Assembly: GCF_964194155.1 (NCBI RefSeq)
Contig: NC_135886.1
Location: 2,604,001 to 2,668,000, forward strand
Reading direction: 5' to 3'
Origin: Cetorhinus maximus
Lineage: Eukaryota
Length of the DNA stretch: 64,000 nucleotides
A model generated the notes under the pieces. The model was not told where the DNA came from. It saw only the letters and a program-made list of their open reading frames with translations, and did no database searches. A program made the translations under genes and the position numbers. This document shows, piece after piece, positions 13,206-25,218 of the stretch (the first letter of the stretch is position 1; the number at the start of each line of letters is the position of its first letter).

Positions 13206-14737
13206 TAGAATCCTCAAGTGCTTGAAGTAGGAGAATATAATATGATTCAGGCAGATTCCAGTTTCACCCTCAAACCGATCTGATTGGTTCTGTCAGATTC
13301 TATTCTTGCTCTCTAATTGATCTGATTGGATCAGACAGTTCTCATTTCCTGCCTTCCAATGGATCTGGTTTGCATCAACAACCACTAATCTGGTGATTTT
13401 TATTGTCAAATACTGGCCTGTAGGTTGAGATGTTGACGGTTTTTGTGCAATATAGAGGGAGAGCCGTGTATCTAGGGGTCTGCTGTAAGGGGCCAGCATC
13501 AGGAACTTACGAGATGGCTATCCACTGCACTGTGCAAGAATCAGGACTAATTGCTAATTGGTGCTGAGGCGCAATAATTGTTATAACGGCTCTGGGCTAG
13601 AAACCGAATGGTCATACGTTCAAATTCCACAGTGACAAATTGTGAAATAGAATTTGTGCGCTGGCACCAGGAGGGAAAGCTTCAGAGGTGTCATGAGCCT
13701 GTCCCCCACCTCCCTGCAAACCACTCCAACCTCCGGGGAAGGCAGTCTGCTCACCCTGCCTGTCATGCTAGGAATCCATTACATCATGTGGGACTAATGT
13801 TGTCTGAAGTGGCCAAGCAGCCACTGTGAAGCAAGAAAGCGCCACACTTTTTGGATTATTGGGAATTGATTGTAAATGCAACCTTGCTAGCATTCCGAAG
13901 GCAAATTTAAAAAAAAAAAGATACTGTCGTTTTACCTCGGACAGGGGAAAGCAATACTGATTGCACTACAAAATCAGCTAAAATTTCAAAAATCATCTCC
14001 AGGCCAATGTCAGTTCTTGTCCTGCGTTCTTTATACAAAGAGTGATCAATACTTTGGGTGGACCTGCAGGTAGGGTAGTTCGGGTCACGACCCTGGAAAC
14101 ATTTAAGAAGAGCTGGATGCTGTGATGGTGAATTGTAGGTTCTGTCTGGATCTGTGAACTAGAATGGGCTTGCTATTGGGAGATGTGCAGGCAATCGTCT
14201 GGGGGTGAAGACCTACCTATTTGTTCTCCCCTCGTCCCTGGTGGAGACATCAGTAACTTCCAGCAGATGTCTCCCCACCCTCATGTCCTCGATTGTTTTT
14301 GTCGCTGTGTGTGAAATCTATTCAAACACTCTCGAGTACAGTGTATTGATAATTCCAGGCGATTGTGTTTCTCACTGTTCAGCAAGTCGTGACTTCGAAC
14401 TTTGTTTCCTGACCAAAACTATTAACCAATGGATTTGGTAAGTCCAGCTGAATGTTGGTTAACTGCTAGCCTTTAATATTTTGTGAACTTTATATTAATC
14501 AAGGTGAGAGTTGTGTGCCAGCAGTAGAATGTTTCAGTCTTTCGGTTGCTTGTAGTGCCTGTCCGGGTTAGCTTGTAGGTCTATGAGTAGATTTTATTTG
14601 AATGGCTATATTGAGCCCGTATGGTTGGTGGAGCCACTTTGAAAAGAAATTGAGCAGTGATTAATTGCAGAATTTGAATTGGTTGTTTGTCAGTAGGATT
14701 TTTCTAGCTCTATACATCAGACAACTGGAATGGTCAG

Positions 14738-14832
14738 CATAGGCAGCTCACCACCGCCATCACAAGGTCAACTAGGGATGGACAATAAGTGCTGGCCCAG
14801 CCAGCGAAGCCCACATCCTGTGAATGAATAAT
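14738..14832 (+). mobile_element. 3' tail of the LINE family found at 61757-63800
   Basis: caactagggatggacaataagtg..gaagcccacatcctgtgaatgaata is the reverse complement of about 61760-61850. Confidence 0.7.
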
Positions 14833-15146
14833 ATTTTTTTTAAATTCTTAGTTGAGCTGATCAGAAAAATAGTAAACCTTGCTTTTAAACTGATCAGACA
14901 AGCCTGTGATGCATTCTGTGGTTGAATAGCCTGCCAAGTTGGGAAAAAATAGCTCTTTGGGCTGGTTACCAAAACACTCTGCATTTGTATCGCAAAGAGA
15001 GCATCACCTTCAATAGAGGAGGGGAGGAATAGAATGGGAATGTTAAATTCACAGCCCCCCACCGCACACTGTTTTCCCCATCCCCTGCCAAATGCTGCCC
15101 GTGAATGTGTGCTGAGTTTTGCTAATCTGTTAATTCTCTTTTGCAG

Positions 15147-15298
15147 TGTTTCCCAGATTCCAGCAGTTGAGGGGAAGAGTGTTCAGCAAGCAGTGGAACT
15201 GCTCACCAAAAAACTGGAAATACTGGGCGCTGTGAAGCAGGGAACGTTTTGCGTGGATTGTGAAACCTATCATGCAGGACCAACTGTGACAATCCCAG
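15147..15298 (+). CDS. MED20: Mediator subunit 20, coding exon 2
   Basis: ttgcag|T acceptor; [42 protein letters not shown]; donor G|GTAATT. Confidence 0.95.
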
Positions 15299-17513
15299 GT
15301 AATTATCGCAAACACTGACGGCCCACAACTCCTTGCCTGCCGCAAAACATTTGATCTTTCCTTCGCAAACTTGAAATATAGTGAGATGAATAGACACAAC
15401 TAGCAGAGACCTGTAAAACATCTGCAGCAAAATCAGTATCTTTATTGCAACAGTGCTACTTTAAATCCCCATTCCGTGCCATTGTATCCCCCCCATGCCA
15501 ACCCTCCCATGCCATACCTATCCCATCCCTTTCATCACCCTCATACCATCCCCATCCCTTCTTCCCTATGCCATCGCAACCCCATTCCTCCTATGCCATC
15601 TCATTTCCATTTGTCATTTCCCCCTCCTGTGCAGCCCCAGCCCATCAAGCCCATCCCACCGCCCAGGCTTTGTACTTTGTTGTTGAGATCCCCTCTGCTG
15701 TTCCACTGTTCTTTTTTTCCCCACCAACCTCCCCCACCCCACTGCTGCCACCAACCATTGGCTGCCACGCGTGCACCATGAGCTGCAGCCCTCTGTGCGC
15801 CCCAGGTGCCTCTGCGTCTGCCAGGCTTCACCCACCAAATGGACCCACCAACCAATCAGAACAGTGCGGATGAACAAAAACAGTATATTATTGTTGTAGA
15901 TTCTGTACTTCACTCACTACTCTCTTTGAAACTTGAAGCACAAAGCAAGTAGGAGTTTCATGTAACTTTTCTAATTTTTTGATAAATGGAGCAATTTCTA
16001 AGACTCATTTTACAGGATTTCCCAAGTCGTACAAGGCGTTCGTGGTTGAAACGTACAAATCAACAAAGGTCTGTGGTTTGATCTCTAGCCTCTGCTGTGT
16101 TAGTTGATCTGTACTGCGGCAATGATTGGGGCATTACATTGACCTTAGTGCCCTGGAGTCAGAGGGGAGAAAACAACACTGCACCCCACTTCTTTTAGCT
16201 CTCCCGCAACGCCTGCTGGAAGGGCAGTTGTGTACGTGGCGGGTGAAGACTGCATTTGGCTTGGTTGTGATGCTTCTTTTCGTGGTTAAGACTTGCATAT
16301 GAACACTAGCTGCTTGTTCCGGGTGATATTGTCAACTGTGGAACTCAGCCCTAATGAAGCCTTTGCTTTTAGGAGAGTCATTGAGGGTGAAAAGCAAGAG
16401 AATAATTTTCACCTTGCAATCCTGGTCCAGTGCAAACTGGACGTGGTTAGGAGCCAGAATCCAACCGAATCCCCCATTGGATGGCCCACCCTAGATCATA
16501 ACCCTGTGGGTCTATTGTAACCACAGCCATTGGGAGTTTGTGTCCAATTTTAACCAACTGTATTACATGATACGCTGATGGTCATAACCTTTTACCTACT
16601 AAAGTTATGGTTTGGCTTCTCTGACTTATTTTTGGCTTTTGACCAGCTGAAGCTGTGATGCATACAGAAGATGAAAAACCAGACTATAAAATCTCCTAGG
16701 TACTCAGACTAGAATTACCAAGGACCCTCTTCCCCACCCCCAACCCACCTCCGGAAAATACATCAGCAAACTGAGGTACAAGTAGTCAAAATCGTTTTAT
16801 TGGCGAAAGCACATCTAATTGTTCATTGCAACTAAGTCAGTGAGGGAGCACTGAGTGCTAAAGGGTTGGATGTGGTGGGTTGCAGGTCATGTTCTTTTCC
16901 CCTTAGGCTGCTGAATGTTCTGTTGTAACCTCATTACAGCCAGTAAGCACCAAATGGCTGACGGGCAGTCAGTTACCTGCTGTGAGAGGGGTGAAATAGG
17001 ATGAGTTATCTGCAGAACATTAGTGCACATCTTGAAATTGTTTTCTGCAGCAGCCAAAGCTTGTCCCCCAGTCGCTGCCTCCACTGTGGCTGCATGGCCT
17101 CAAAAGGAACCCTGGATAAATAAATAAAATCTCTCGCAACCAGAACCTGATAACACTGCAAAAGAGAAAACCGGAAAAATCTCCAGCTGTAAATCTTTCA
17201 GCATTCAGTGATTCAATTCGATGATGTGGTAAACTGAGAATTTTACTGTCTTCCTATAAAACCCAACAGTTGAGCTGCAATTTCTTCTACATCCACGTTA
17301 CAGGCCCAGGAACATTAATTCTGCATGTATAAATGAAACAAGATCACCATCCTTTGCTTTGTGCTAAAACGGTTGATCTCCATTGGGTTGGCAATAAAAA
17401 TAATTAAAAACGTTAGCAGAATGTTGGCCTTTATCTCAAGGGGCTAGAATACAATGAAGTGGAAGTTACTATTATATAAAGCTTCGGTTAGACCCCCATT
17501 TTAAAGTACTGTG

Positions 17514-17610
17514 CTGAAGAAAAGTCATATTCAACTCAAAACGTTAACTCTGCTTCTCGCTTCACAGATGCTGCCAGACCTGCAGAAAATTTCCAGCACT
17601 TTGTTTTTAC
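17514..17610 (+). mobile_element. Penelope-type short repeat with 13-bp TSD
   Basis: TTAAAGTACTGTG at 17501-17513 and 17611-17623. Begins CTGAAGA..AAAACGTTAACTC (degenerate hammerhead core). Confidence 0.65.
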
Positions 17611-17788
17611 TTAAAGTACTGTGTTCAGTTCTGGGCACCGCACTCTCAGGAATGATATATTGGCCTTGGAAGGGGTGCAGTGCGGAGGGACATTTTTTCC
17701 ACCCGGGGTTTGTGGGGGTTTGGAACTCACTGGCTGAAAGGGTGGTAGAGGCTGAAACCATCAACGTTTAAAACTTGGATAGTACTGG

Positions 17789-19987
17789 AGTTCTGATTAA
17801 CGGAGTTCAGCTTAACCAGGTTCCTACCTTCCACAGCTTGGGTCAATCATCACAGAAGGTGCAGAATCTATCAAAGAAATTCGAGCTAGACTTATCAAGG
17901 GTCGTGGGGTTGTGAACTCACTTAAAAGAATATGGAGTAGCCACAGCCCCTTGATTACAATGAACATTCATCTTTTGAAAACCCTTGTGTGGCAGGTGAC
18001 AACGTATGGTAGTGAAGGCTGGACCATCAAGAAGAGTGACGAGGCGCAAATAAGGGCATTAAAATTAAAAGACTCAGACGGATAGTACATGTCAAGGATG
18101 GCCAAGTGGACAGATGAGCAGGTGCTCAAGAAAGCTGGTGTTGAGAGACTATGATGTCAAGGAAGTGTGAAATATTGGATACAATAAGCATAGTGAGAGA
18201 GGAAGTACTGGAGGGACTGGCATCCATGAATGTGGATAAATCACCAGGGCCAAATGGATTGTATCCCAGGCTGTTGAAGGAAGCCAGGGAGGAAATAGCA
18301 TATGCTCTGAGGATCATTTTCGAATCTTCACTAGATACAGGCAAGGTCCCAGAAGGTTGGAGGTCTGCAAACGTTGTACCATTACTTAAAAATAAGGCGA
18401 GGGATAGGCCAGAATATTATAGGCAGGTCAGCCTGACTTCGGTGGTGGGCAAATTATTGGAAACAATTCTAAGACACAGAATAAACTGTCACTGAGAAGG
18501 GCATGGATTGATCAGGGATAATCAGCATGGTTTTATTAGGGGAAGATCGTGCCGTACTAATTTAATAGAATCTTTTGAGGAAGTAACAAGCAGAATTGGT
18601 AAGGGTAGTGCAGTGGATGTTGTCTACATGGATTTCAGTAAGGCATTTATCAAGGTCCCACATGGCAGACTAGTCAGGAAAGTGAGATCTCATGGGATAC
18701 AGGGGAAGGTGGAAGATTGGATCCAAAATTGGTTCAGTGACAGGAAACAAAGGGTATTGGTCAATGGATGTTTCTGTGGATGGAAAACGGTTTCCAGTGG
18801 TGTTCCACAGGGCACAGTGTTGGGTCCCTTGCTGTTTGTTATATATATTAATGATTTAGACTTAAATGTGGGAGGCATGATTGGGAAATTTGCAGATGAC
18901 ACAAAAATTTACCATATCGTTGATAGTGAAGAGTGGGTAGAGAAGTGGCAAATGGAATTCAATCGGGAAAAGTGTAGGTAATGCACTTGGGGAGGGCAGA
19001 CAAAGCGAGGGAATACTCAATAAACGGGAAGTTATTGAGAGGGATTGAGGAAGTGAGAGACCTTGGAATGCATGTCCACCAGTCCTTGAAGGTGATGGGG
19101 CAGGTGAACAAGGTGGTCAAGAAAGCATATGGAATGATTTCCTACGTTGGACGAGGTATTGAATACAAAAGCAGTGATGTAATGATGGAATTGTATAAAA
19201 CACTGGTTAGGCCACAGCTGGAATTTTGTGTACTGTTCTGGTCACCACATTACAGGATGGACATGATAGCTCTGGTGAGAGTGCAGAGGAGATTTATAAG
19301 GATGTTGTCAGTGCTTGAAAATTGCAGCTATGAGGAGAGATTGGACAGGCTATAGTTGTTTTCCTTAGGACAGAGGAGGCTAAGGGGTGACCTAATCGAG
19401 GTGTACAAAATTAGGAGGGGCCAGGATAGGGTAGACGGGAAAGACTTGTTTCTCCTGGCTGAGAGGACAATTACCAGGGGACATAGATTTAAGGTGATTG
19501 GTAAAAAGATTAGAGGGGACATGAGGGAAAACCTTTTCACCCGGAGGGTGGTGGGTGTCTGGAATTCACTGTCTGAATCGGTGGTTGAGGCTGAAATGCT
19601 CAACTCACTTTAAAAGGCACCTGGATCTGCACCTGAAGTGCCGTAACTGCAAGGCTACGGACCAGGCGCTAGAAAGTGGGAGTAAAATGAACAGCTAGTT
19701 TCTTTTTGCCTTTTTTTGGCTGGGACAGACACGAAGGGGCTGAATGGCCTCTTTCTATGGTTCTGAGCTCTCATATTTTGGACATGCGTTTGGAATAAAA
19801 GGTAATGAAAGACAAAACAGCTGGAAACGTGCACAAGGAAGACCCCAAGATGGATGGATAATTTCAGAATGTGGACTGGCCTCTCTATGGGACAGGCAAA
19901 TATGGCAGCAGAGAATAGAAAACAGTGGAGAAAGATTGTTCATGGTGCGGCCAATCCTTGCAATGGGGACAGATGAAAGACAGACAC
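17789..19987 (+). mobile_element. RTE-clade LINE 3' fragment split by a CR1 insertion
   Basis: Hand translation GSIITEG..KEIRARL, LKTLVWQVTTYGSEGWTIKK, TDEQVLKKAGVER, resuming at about 19764 with LSYFGH and GRP..WMD. TSD AGTACTGG at 17781-17788 / 19988-19995. Confidence 0.7.
18151..19763 (+). mobile_element. CR1 LINE, 5'-truncated, RT region with stops and frameshifts
   Basis: KSPGPNGLYPRLLKE, QHGFIRGRSC.TNL, VYMDFSKAF, GVPQGTVLGPLLF..FADDTK, RPQLEFC..WSPHY. Confidence 0.92.
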
Positions 19988-21712
19988 AGTACTGGCATGC
20001 TGTAAACTGCAAGACTACGGACTAAGAACTGGAAAGTAGGATTAGCCTACTTGAGGGCTATGTGGATATGATGGGCCAAATGGCCTCTTCCTGTTCTGTA
20101 GATTTCCTCTATGATCCACCAGAATGACACTGGAGCTAAAAGGGTTACATTAGGAAAACAAGTTGCATAGACTAGATTTGCAAACTTGAGTGTAGAAGAT
20201 TAAGGAATGATCTATCTGAAGTATTTAAGATGATTAAAGGAGTTGATAGTTTCTCTCCTATTCATTTTTCCCTGATAGGGGAAGTCCAGAACTCAGAGGC
20301 ATTGCTGAATAATTTGAGCTAGGCCATTCAGTGGTGATGTCTTTGCACAAGTAGAGGAAATCTGGAACACACTCCCTCAAAGAGCTGTTGAGGCTTTGGT
20401 GGTCAATTGAACATTTTAAAACTGGGATTGATAGATTTTTATTAGGGTTGTGTGCGCGTGTGATCAATCAGATTATTTAGAATGCTGCCATCAGTGCTCA
20501 TTCTCAAAGTCACAATTTGCACAATCAGAACAGCACACAGAAGGAATGATCGTCTTACTTCAGTGTTGTGTGTTTCTCACTGGTCTGCCTCACTGCAGCT
20601 GCTTACAACAGCACATACTATTTTATGTATAATGCTTGCTGGTATTGATGTAAATAGGATGACTTCTGTAATGTTAAGCCCATTCACATTCACAGCCATA
20701 ACATTGGCCCTAAGATTGTTATAGTAAGTACAGAGGTTCAGTGTTGCCATGAAAGACTGAGCCGGTCGAAACAGTGAACTGTTTTTCATGCTTCTAATGC
20801 CTTGGGCTTACCTATTCAGGAATGCAGTAGAACTTGGTCTTTGAATGCAATTTCCATTGATGTTGAGACATGCAGTCTCAGCCTTCAAGATTTCAGGTGA
20901 TTCACTCACAGAATGTCATCCTTCTGGGGGAAAAATAAATCCCTCTGCACTGCAACCCTTCCAAGGCTGATACACCTTTCCTGAGGGTGTGGTGCCCAGA
21001 ACTGAACACTGTTTTTAGATTTTTTTTTTCTTTTTAAAAACTATGTAAAATGTATTAGAGCTTAAAAAAAACTCTGACTATATTTCACAAGACTTCCTAC
21101 AATACAATTTTGTCTTGCTTAAGTGTTTCCAGTCCACTGGATTCTCTTACACCTTATTTTCTGAAAGTGACTCTCAGCCGGAGATGTCAGATGGGTGAAC
21201 ATCTGCATTTGACTTCGATGTTCCTGGGTTAGGGAGGGGGCGCAATCAGCTGGAATTCTGGTTTTCGTTTGCTGCCCATTGACTCCTATTGGGAATTGTG
21301 CGTGCAGAGTGAGCTCGGAATCGTGAAAATGGATCTGATAAATTCCATGGTTGAATAGCCTGCTAGCTCTTACCATCGAAATACACACATGAGGAATGGC
21401 TACTGGGGTGAAATACCAGCAGGTGATCGATGCCCATGGAATTTTAAGCTAGCATGAATGAGTGAGTGCTTTCAAAAGAGGAAGCGGCTCAATTAATAAC
21501 TGATGTAAATCTCCCGCTGAGTGAAGTGAGAACTCTAGATGCTGCGTGTGTGTGTTGAGTGAGTAATTTACTGCATCTTTGTTAAACAGCAGCAGCACCC
21601 AGCCTGAACTGAGTGTGACCTCTTGTGGGGCTGGAAGTATAACGAGGGCTCAAATCTCTTCATTAGCCTTGTGCTCATTAATTCTAATGATATCCATCCT
21701 ACTTTTCATCAG

Positions 21713-21966
21713 GGCAGGCTGCAAAGTTCATGTACATTATGCACAACACGGAATACCCTCTCAGCTGCTTTGCCCTTTTCGAAAATGGCCCCTACTTGGT
21801 GGCAGACTCAAACTTTGACACGCTAATGATCAAACTGAAGGGGTTTTTCCAGAATGCAAAAAGCAGCAAGATAGAGAGCCGGGGACCTCGCTACCTGTAC
21901 GGTGACTTCCTAGTAAAGGTTGGGACAGTCACAATGGGACCCAGTGTACGTGGCATATCTGTTGAG
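21713..21966 (+). CDS. MED20: Mediator subunit 20, coding exon 3
   Basis: ttttcatcag|GG acceptor, phase-compatible with exon 2; [47 protein letters not shown]; donor GAG|GTAC. Confidence 0.96.
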
Positions 21967-23234
21967 GTACGTTCACTATTTGCCTTGATCTCAGCTGTAG
22001 CTCCTTGCTCTTCATAACTTTTTATATTTTTCTGGCATTGTTTCTACAGGGTTATATATCAAAACATTTATTTTAAATTTACACTTCTGTGCTAGTAAAG
22101 AAGAAAATTGCTCCATTTGCTCACCTACAATGCCTATTTTTATTTTTCCATGTTCAGTAGGTTGACAATAACGAAAGTTGTGATGTGAAAACAAATGCCA
22201 AGCTATGTGCAGCTCCTCTCTCTTTACCCCCCACCCCTTACCTGGTCTGGCAAGTCCTAAATTCTAGGGGAAACCTGGCTGGTGAACAACAGATGAGAAT
22301 TTAATTTTGAACTGTGATCTCCAAGCCAAAAGTCTCAAGCTCTGCCTTTGTAACTTCCTCCTTATCCCAGGTTTTCTCTCCCTCTCTGGCTATTTGCCAG
22401 TGAAGATCACCAACCCCACCAGTAGCTTGTCCAGGTAGCCATTTTTAATCTGTGAATCTACACAGCCTGCTTGTGGGTGCAACCATGACTGAGTACAGTC
22501 CTGCCTTCATCCAGCATTTGTGATTTTCCTAGGTTGCGGTCAGAAGTGAGAACCCCGGTGTGCTTTTTCTTTTGTGTTTGACTCTTCTAGGCCTAAAGCC
22601 CTGAGGTCAATTACCCTCTGCCAGTAATCCAATTGGGACTGGCTCATTCAGAACAGTGAACAGCCTTGTAACTCTTCCTGTTTCAGTCTAATAAAACATT
22701 AGACTTTTATCCATTGGGGGCCCAAAGGACTTTACGAAGTCTTTTTTTTTTAAGAAATGATACAGAAATAATTCTACAAAGTAGTGCAGCTGCGAGTGCT
22801 AGTAAATTTACCCATTGATTTCTTCCTGGAGTTTTTTTTTGCCATATGTCATTACGAATGGGAAACACTGCTAGGCAGCATCTGTGAAGAGGGAAAGGCA
22901 GGGTAACGTTAGCCTGACCTTCCTCTCTTCACAGATGCTGCCTGACCCATGGAGAGCGTTTCTGACATTTTCTGTCATTACTTGTTTGACTACAAAGGAA
23001 CAATGATGGACTGCCCGCCTTACTTTCGTTGCTGTTTAGCTTACTCTGTACTGCACTGTGTTCCAATTTTGATTGTAACTGTCTTACTTCACTTAATTTG
23101 CTCAGTAACTTTTGGTTTCTAATCTGTGAAAGGGCCCAATTAAGCATAGTGAAAGATTGATGCATTCTATTTTATCAAAGGTGGTTGTGCAGTTATAAGA
23201 AGGGAAGAGCATAGATTGGAGACTTATGGTCAGA

Positions 23235-23555
23235 ATTTGTGCACAAAAGTCAAGGCTGACACTCCAGTACAGTACTGAGGGGGTGCTGCACTGTCAAAAG
23301 TGCTGTGTTTCAGATATGATGTTAAACCACGGCCCCGTCTACCCCCTCAGGTGGATGTAAAAGATCCCGTTGCACCATTTCAACAAAGAGCAGGGGAGTT
23401 ATCCTTCAATCAACATCACAAAAACAGATTATCTAGTCATTATCACAAAGCCTTTTTTAAAACTGTTTCTCCTTGGGCCACCTCCCCTAGATTTTCTCCA
23501 TAATTTCTTGACCCTGCACTTTGTGAAGTATCCTGGGACCTCATGCCACATAATA
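23235..23555 (+). mobile_element. tRNA-derived SINE (5'-truncated)
   Basis: ggctgacactccagtacagtactgagggg..tcaggtggatgtaaaagatccc core, shared with copies at 37000, 38255, 39660, 45400 and 49390. Confidence 0.65.
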
Positions 23556-24060
23556 AGAACAAGTTATATTTATATGGCACCTTTAATGTATTAGAATGTT
23601 CCAAAGCATTTCACGGGAGCATTATAAAACAAAATATGACACCGAGCCATATAAAGGGATATTACGTCACATGATCAAAAGCTTGGTCAAAGAGGGGGAC
23701 GTTTTAAGGAGTGTTTTAAAGAGGGAAAGAGAGGTGGAGAGATTTAAGGCAGGTATTCCAGAGCCTAAGGCTTAGTCAAATGAAGACACAGCCACCAATG
23801 GTTGAGCATTTAAAATTGGGGATGCATAAGAGGCCAGAATTAAAGGAGTTCAAATATCTCAGAGGCTTGTGGGGCTAGAGGAGATTGCATAGATAGGGAG
23901 GGGTGAGGCCACAGAGGGATTTGAAAACAAGGATCAGAATTTTAAAATCAAGACTTTGGCTCCCAGTCAAGCAATGTAGATCAGCGAGTGCAGGGTGATA
24001 GGGGAACAGGACTTGGTGCGAGTTCAGGTATAGGCTGCAGCGTTTTGGATGACCTCAGAC
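23556..24060 (-). mobile_element. L2-clade 3' fragment
   Basis: Reverse complement of the 9240-9725 sequence. Confidence 0.7.
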
Positions 24061-25002
24061 ACAATATGGTATTTTATCCTGAATTCAGTGGTTAAAACAA
24101 AAAAAAAACAGATTAATGCAGCAATAAACAATTTGGAGATTTTTTTGTCGACAATAAAGCAATGTGTTTTCTGAGTGAAGAACTTGAAAGGAGCAAATAA
24201 AATGCTTGAAGTAAATAGCGATTGCTTAATACTGTTTTCACAAAGCGTATGCTTGCTAAAATACTCCATGTTGGGTGCAATCTCAGTGCCTCCCCCATAG
24301 AACTTTATTCCGTATCGCTGTGTGACCCATGTGGCTGAAGGTGTGATCTATGTTGATGCCACCCATTGACGAGCAAAGATGAATTGCTACTTGTGGCAAA
24401 TGGGAAAGCAGCTGCCTGCATCCCGCAAAAATTGCAGTATACTATTTAAGTGATATTCGGCTTTTATTGAGGTTGCTCCGAATTTTGGAGTTCCCTTTAT
24501 TTTGAGTGACAATTAAATGGTCTAAAAATCACATGGTCCATTTATACGAATGATTCTGAGACAGTTGATTTGTGAATTTTGTTTTGTTTTTTTAAGTTGG
24601 GTTTGGCATCGCAAACGCAATGAGAAACAGCTGCATGATGCACATGCATAGATGCCATGTAGTGGCCTGAAATCCTGGGGGGGGTGGGGAGAGGGGATGT
24701 GAAAAATCGATTGATCCTTTTTGGTAATTACAACATTATCAAGAAAACTACAAGGTGACTGGGTGGTGTAAAAACAGAGAAGTTCAATAACTCCTGACCC
24801 ATCTGTTTGACGAGGGAGCTAGGTTGACGGTCACTGATGTATCTTTTTGCCCTTCTTTCACTGGGAAATGTGTTCTTTGATCTCCACTAGGTGCATTCTG
24901 TTGAGGACCTGACCAGGATCAAGGACGCATACTGTAGATATAATTTGCAGTTAAATAGGATCTTTTATAAAAGAGTAAATACTGTGTTTTTCATAATTCT
25001 AG

Positions 25003-25218
25003 GTGGAATACTGCCCTTGCATTGTATCCAATGACTGTTGGAATCTCATGATGGAATTCATGCAAAGTTTCATGGGAAGTCATACACCGGGATCTCCTTC
25101 TGTGTTCTCATCAAAACACGATGGGGTTTATACACCGACAGACACGGCTATTCAGTATATGGAACTGTTCAATAAAATTCGGAAACAACAACAGGCCCCA
25201 GTATCTGGAATTAGATAG
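25003..25218 (+). CDS. MED20: Mediator subunit 20, last coding exon
   Basis: ttctag|GTG acceptor; [51 protein letters not shown]. Candidate AATAAA signals at about 26120 and 27210. Confidence 0.96.
   Translation: MEYCPCIVSNDCWNLMMEFMQSFMGSHTPGSPSVFSSKHDGVYTPTDTAIQYMELFNKIRKQQQAPVSGIR

Larger units (their letters stand above)
17410..20440 (+). mobile_element. Outer CR1 fragment hosting a nested stack of insertions
   Basis: CR1 sequence 17410-17680 resumes at about 20115 (cagaatgacactggagctaaaagggttac). Confidence 0.6.

Noticed and set aside
15470-15870. Pro/His-rich ORFs after MED20 exon 2
   Set aside because: Low-complexity ccatgcc/ccatccc intronic sequence with no splice or homology support.
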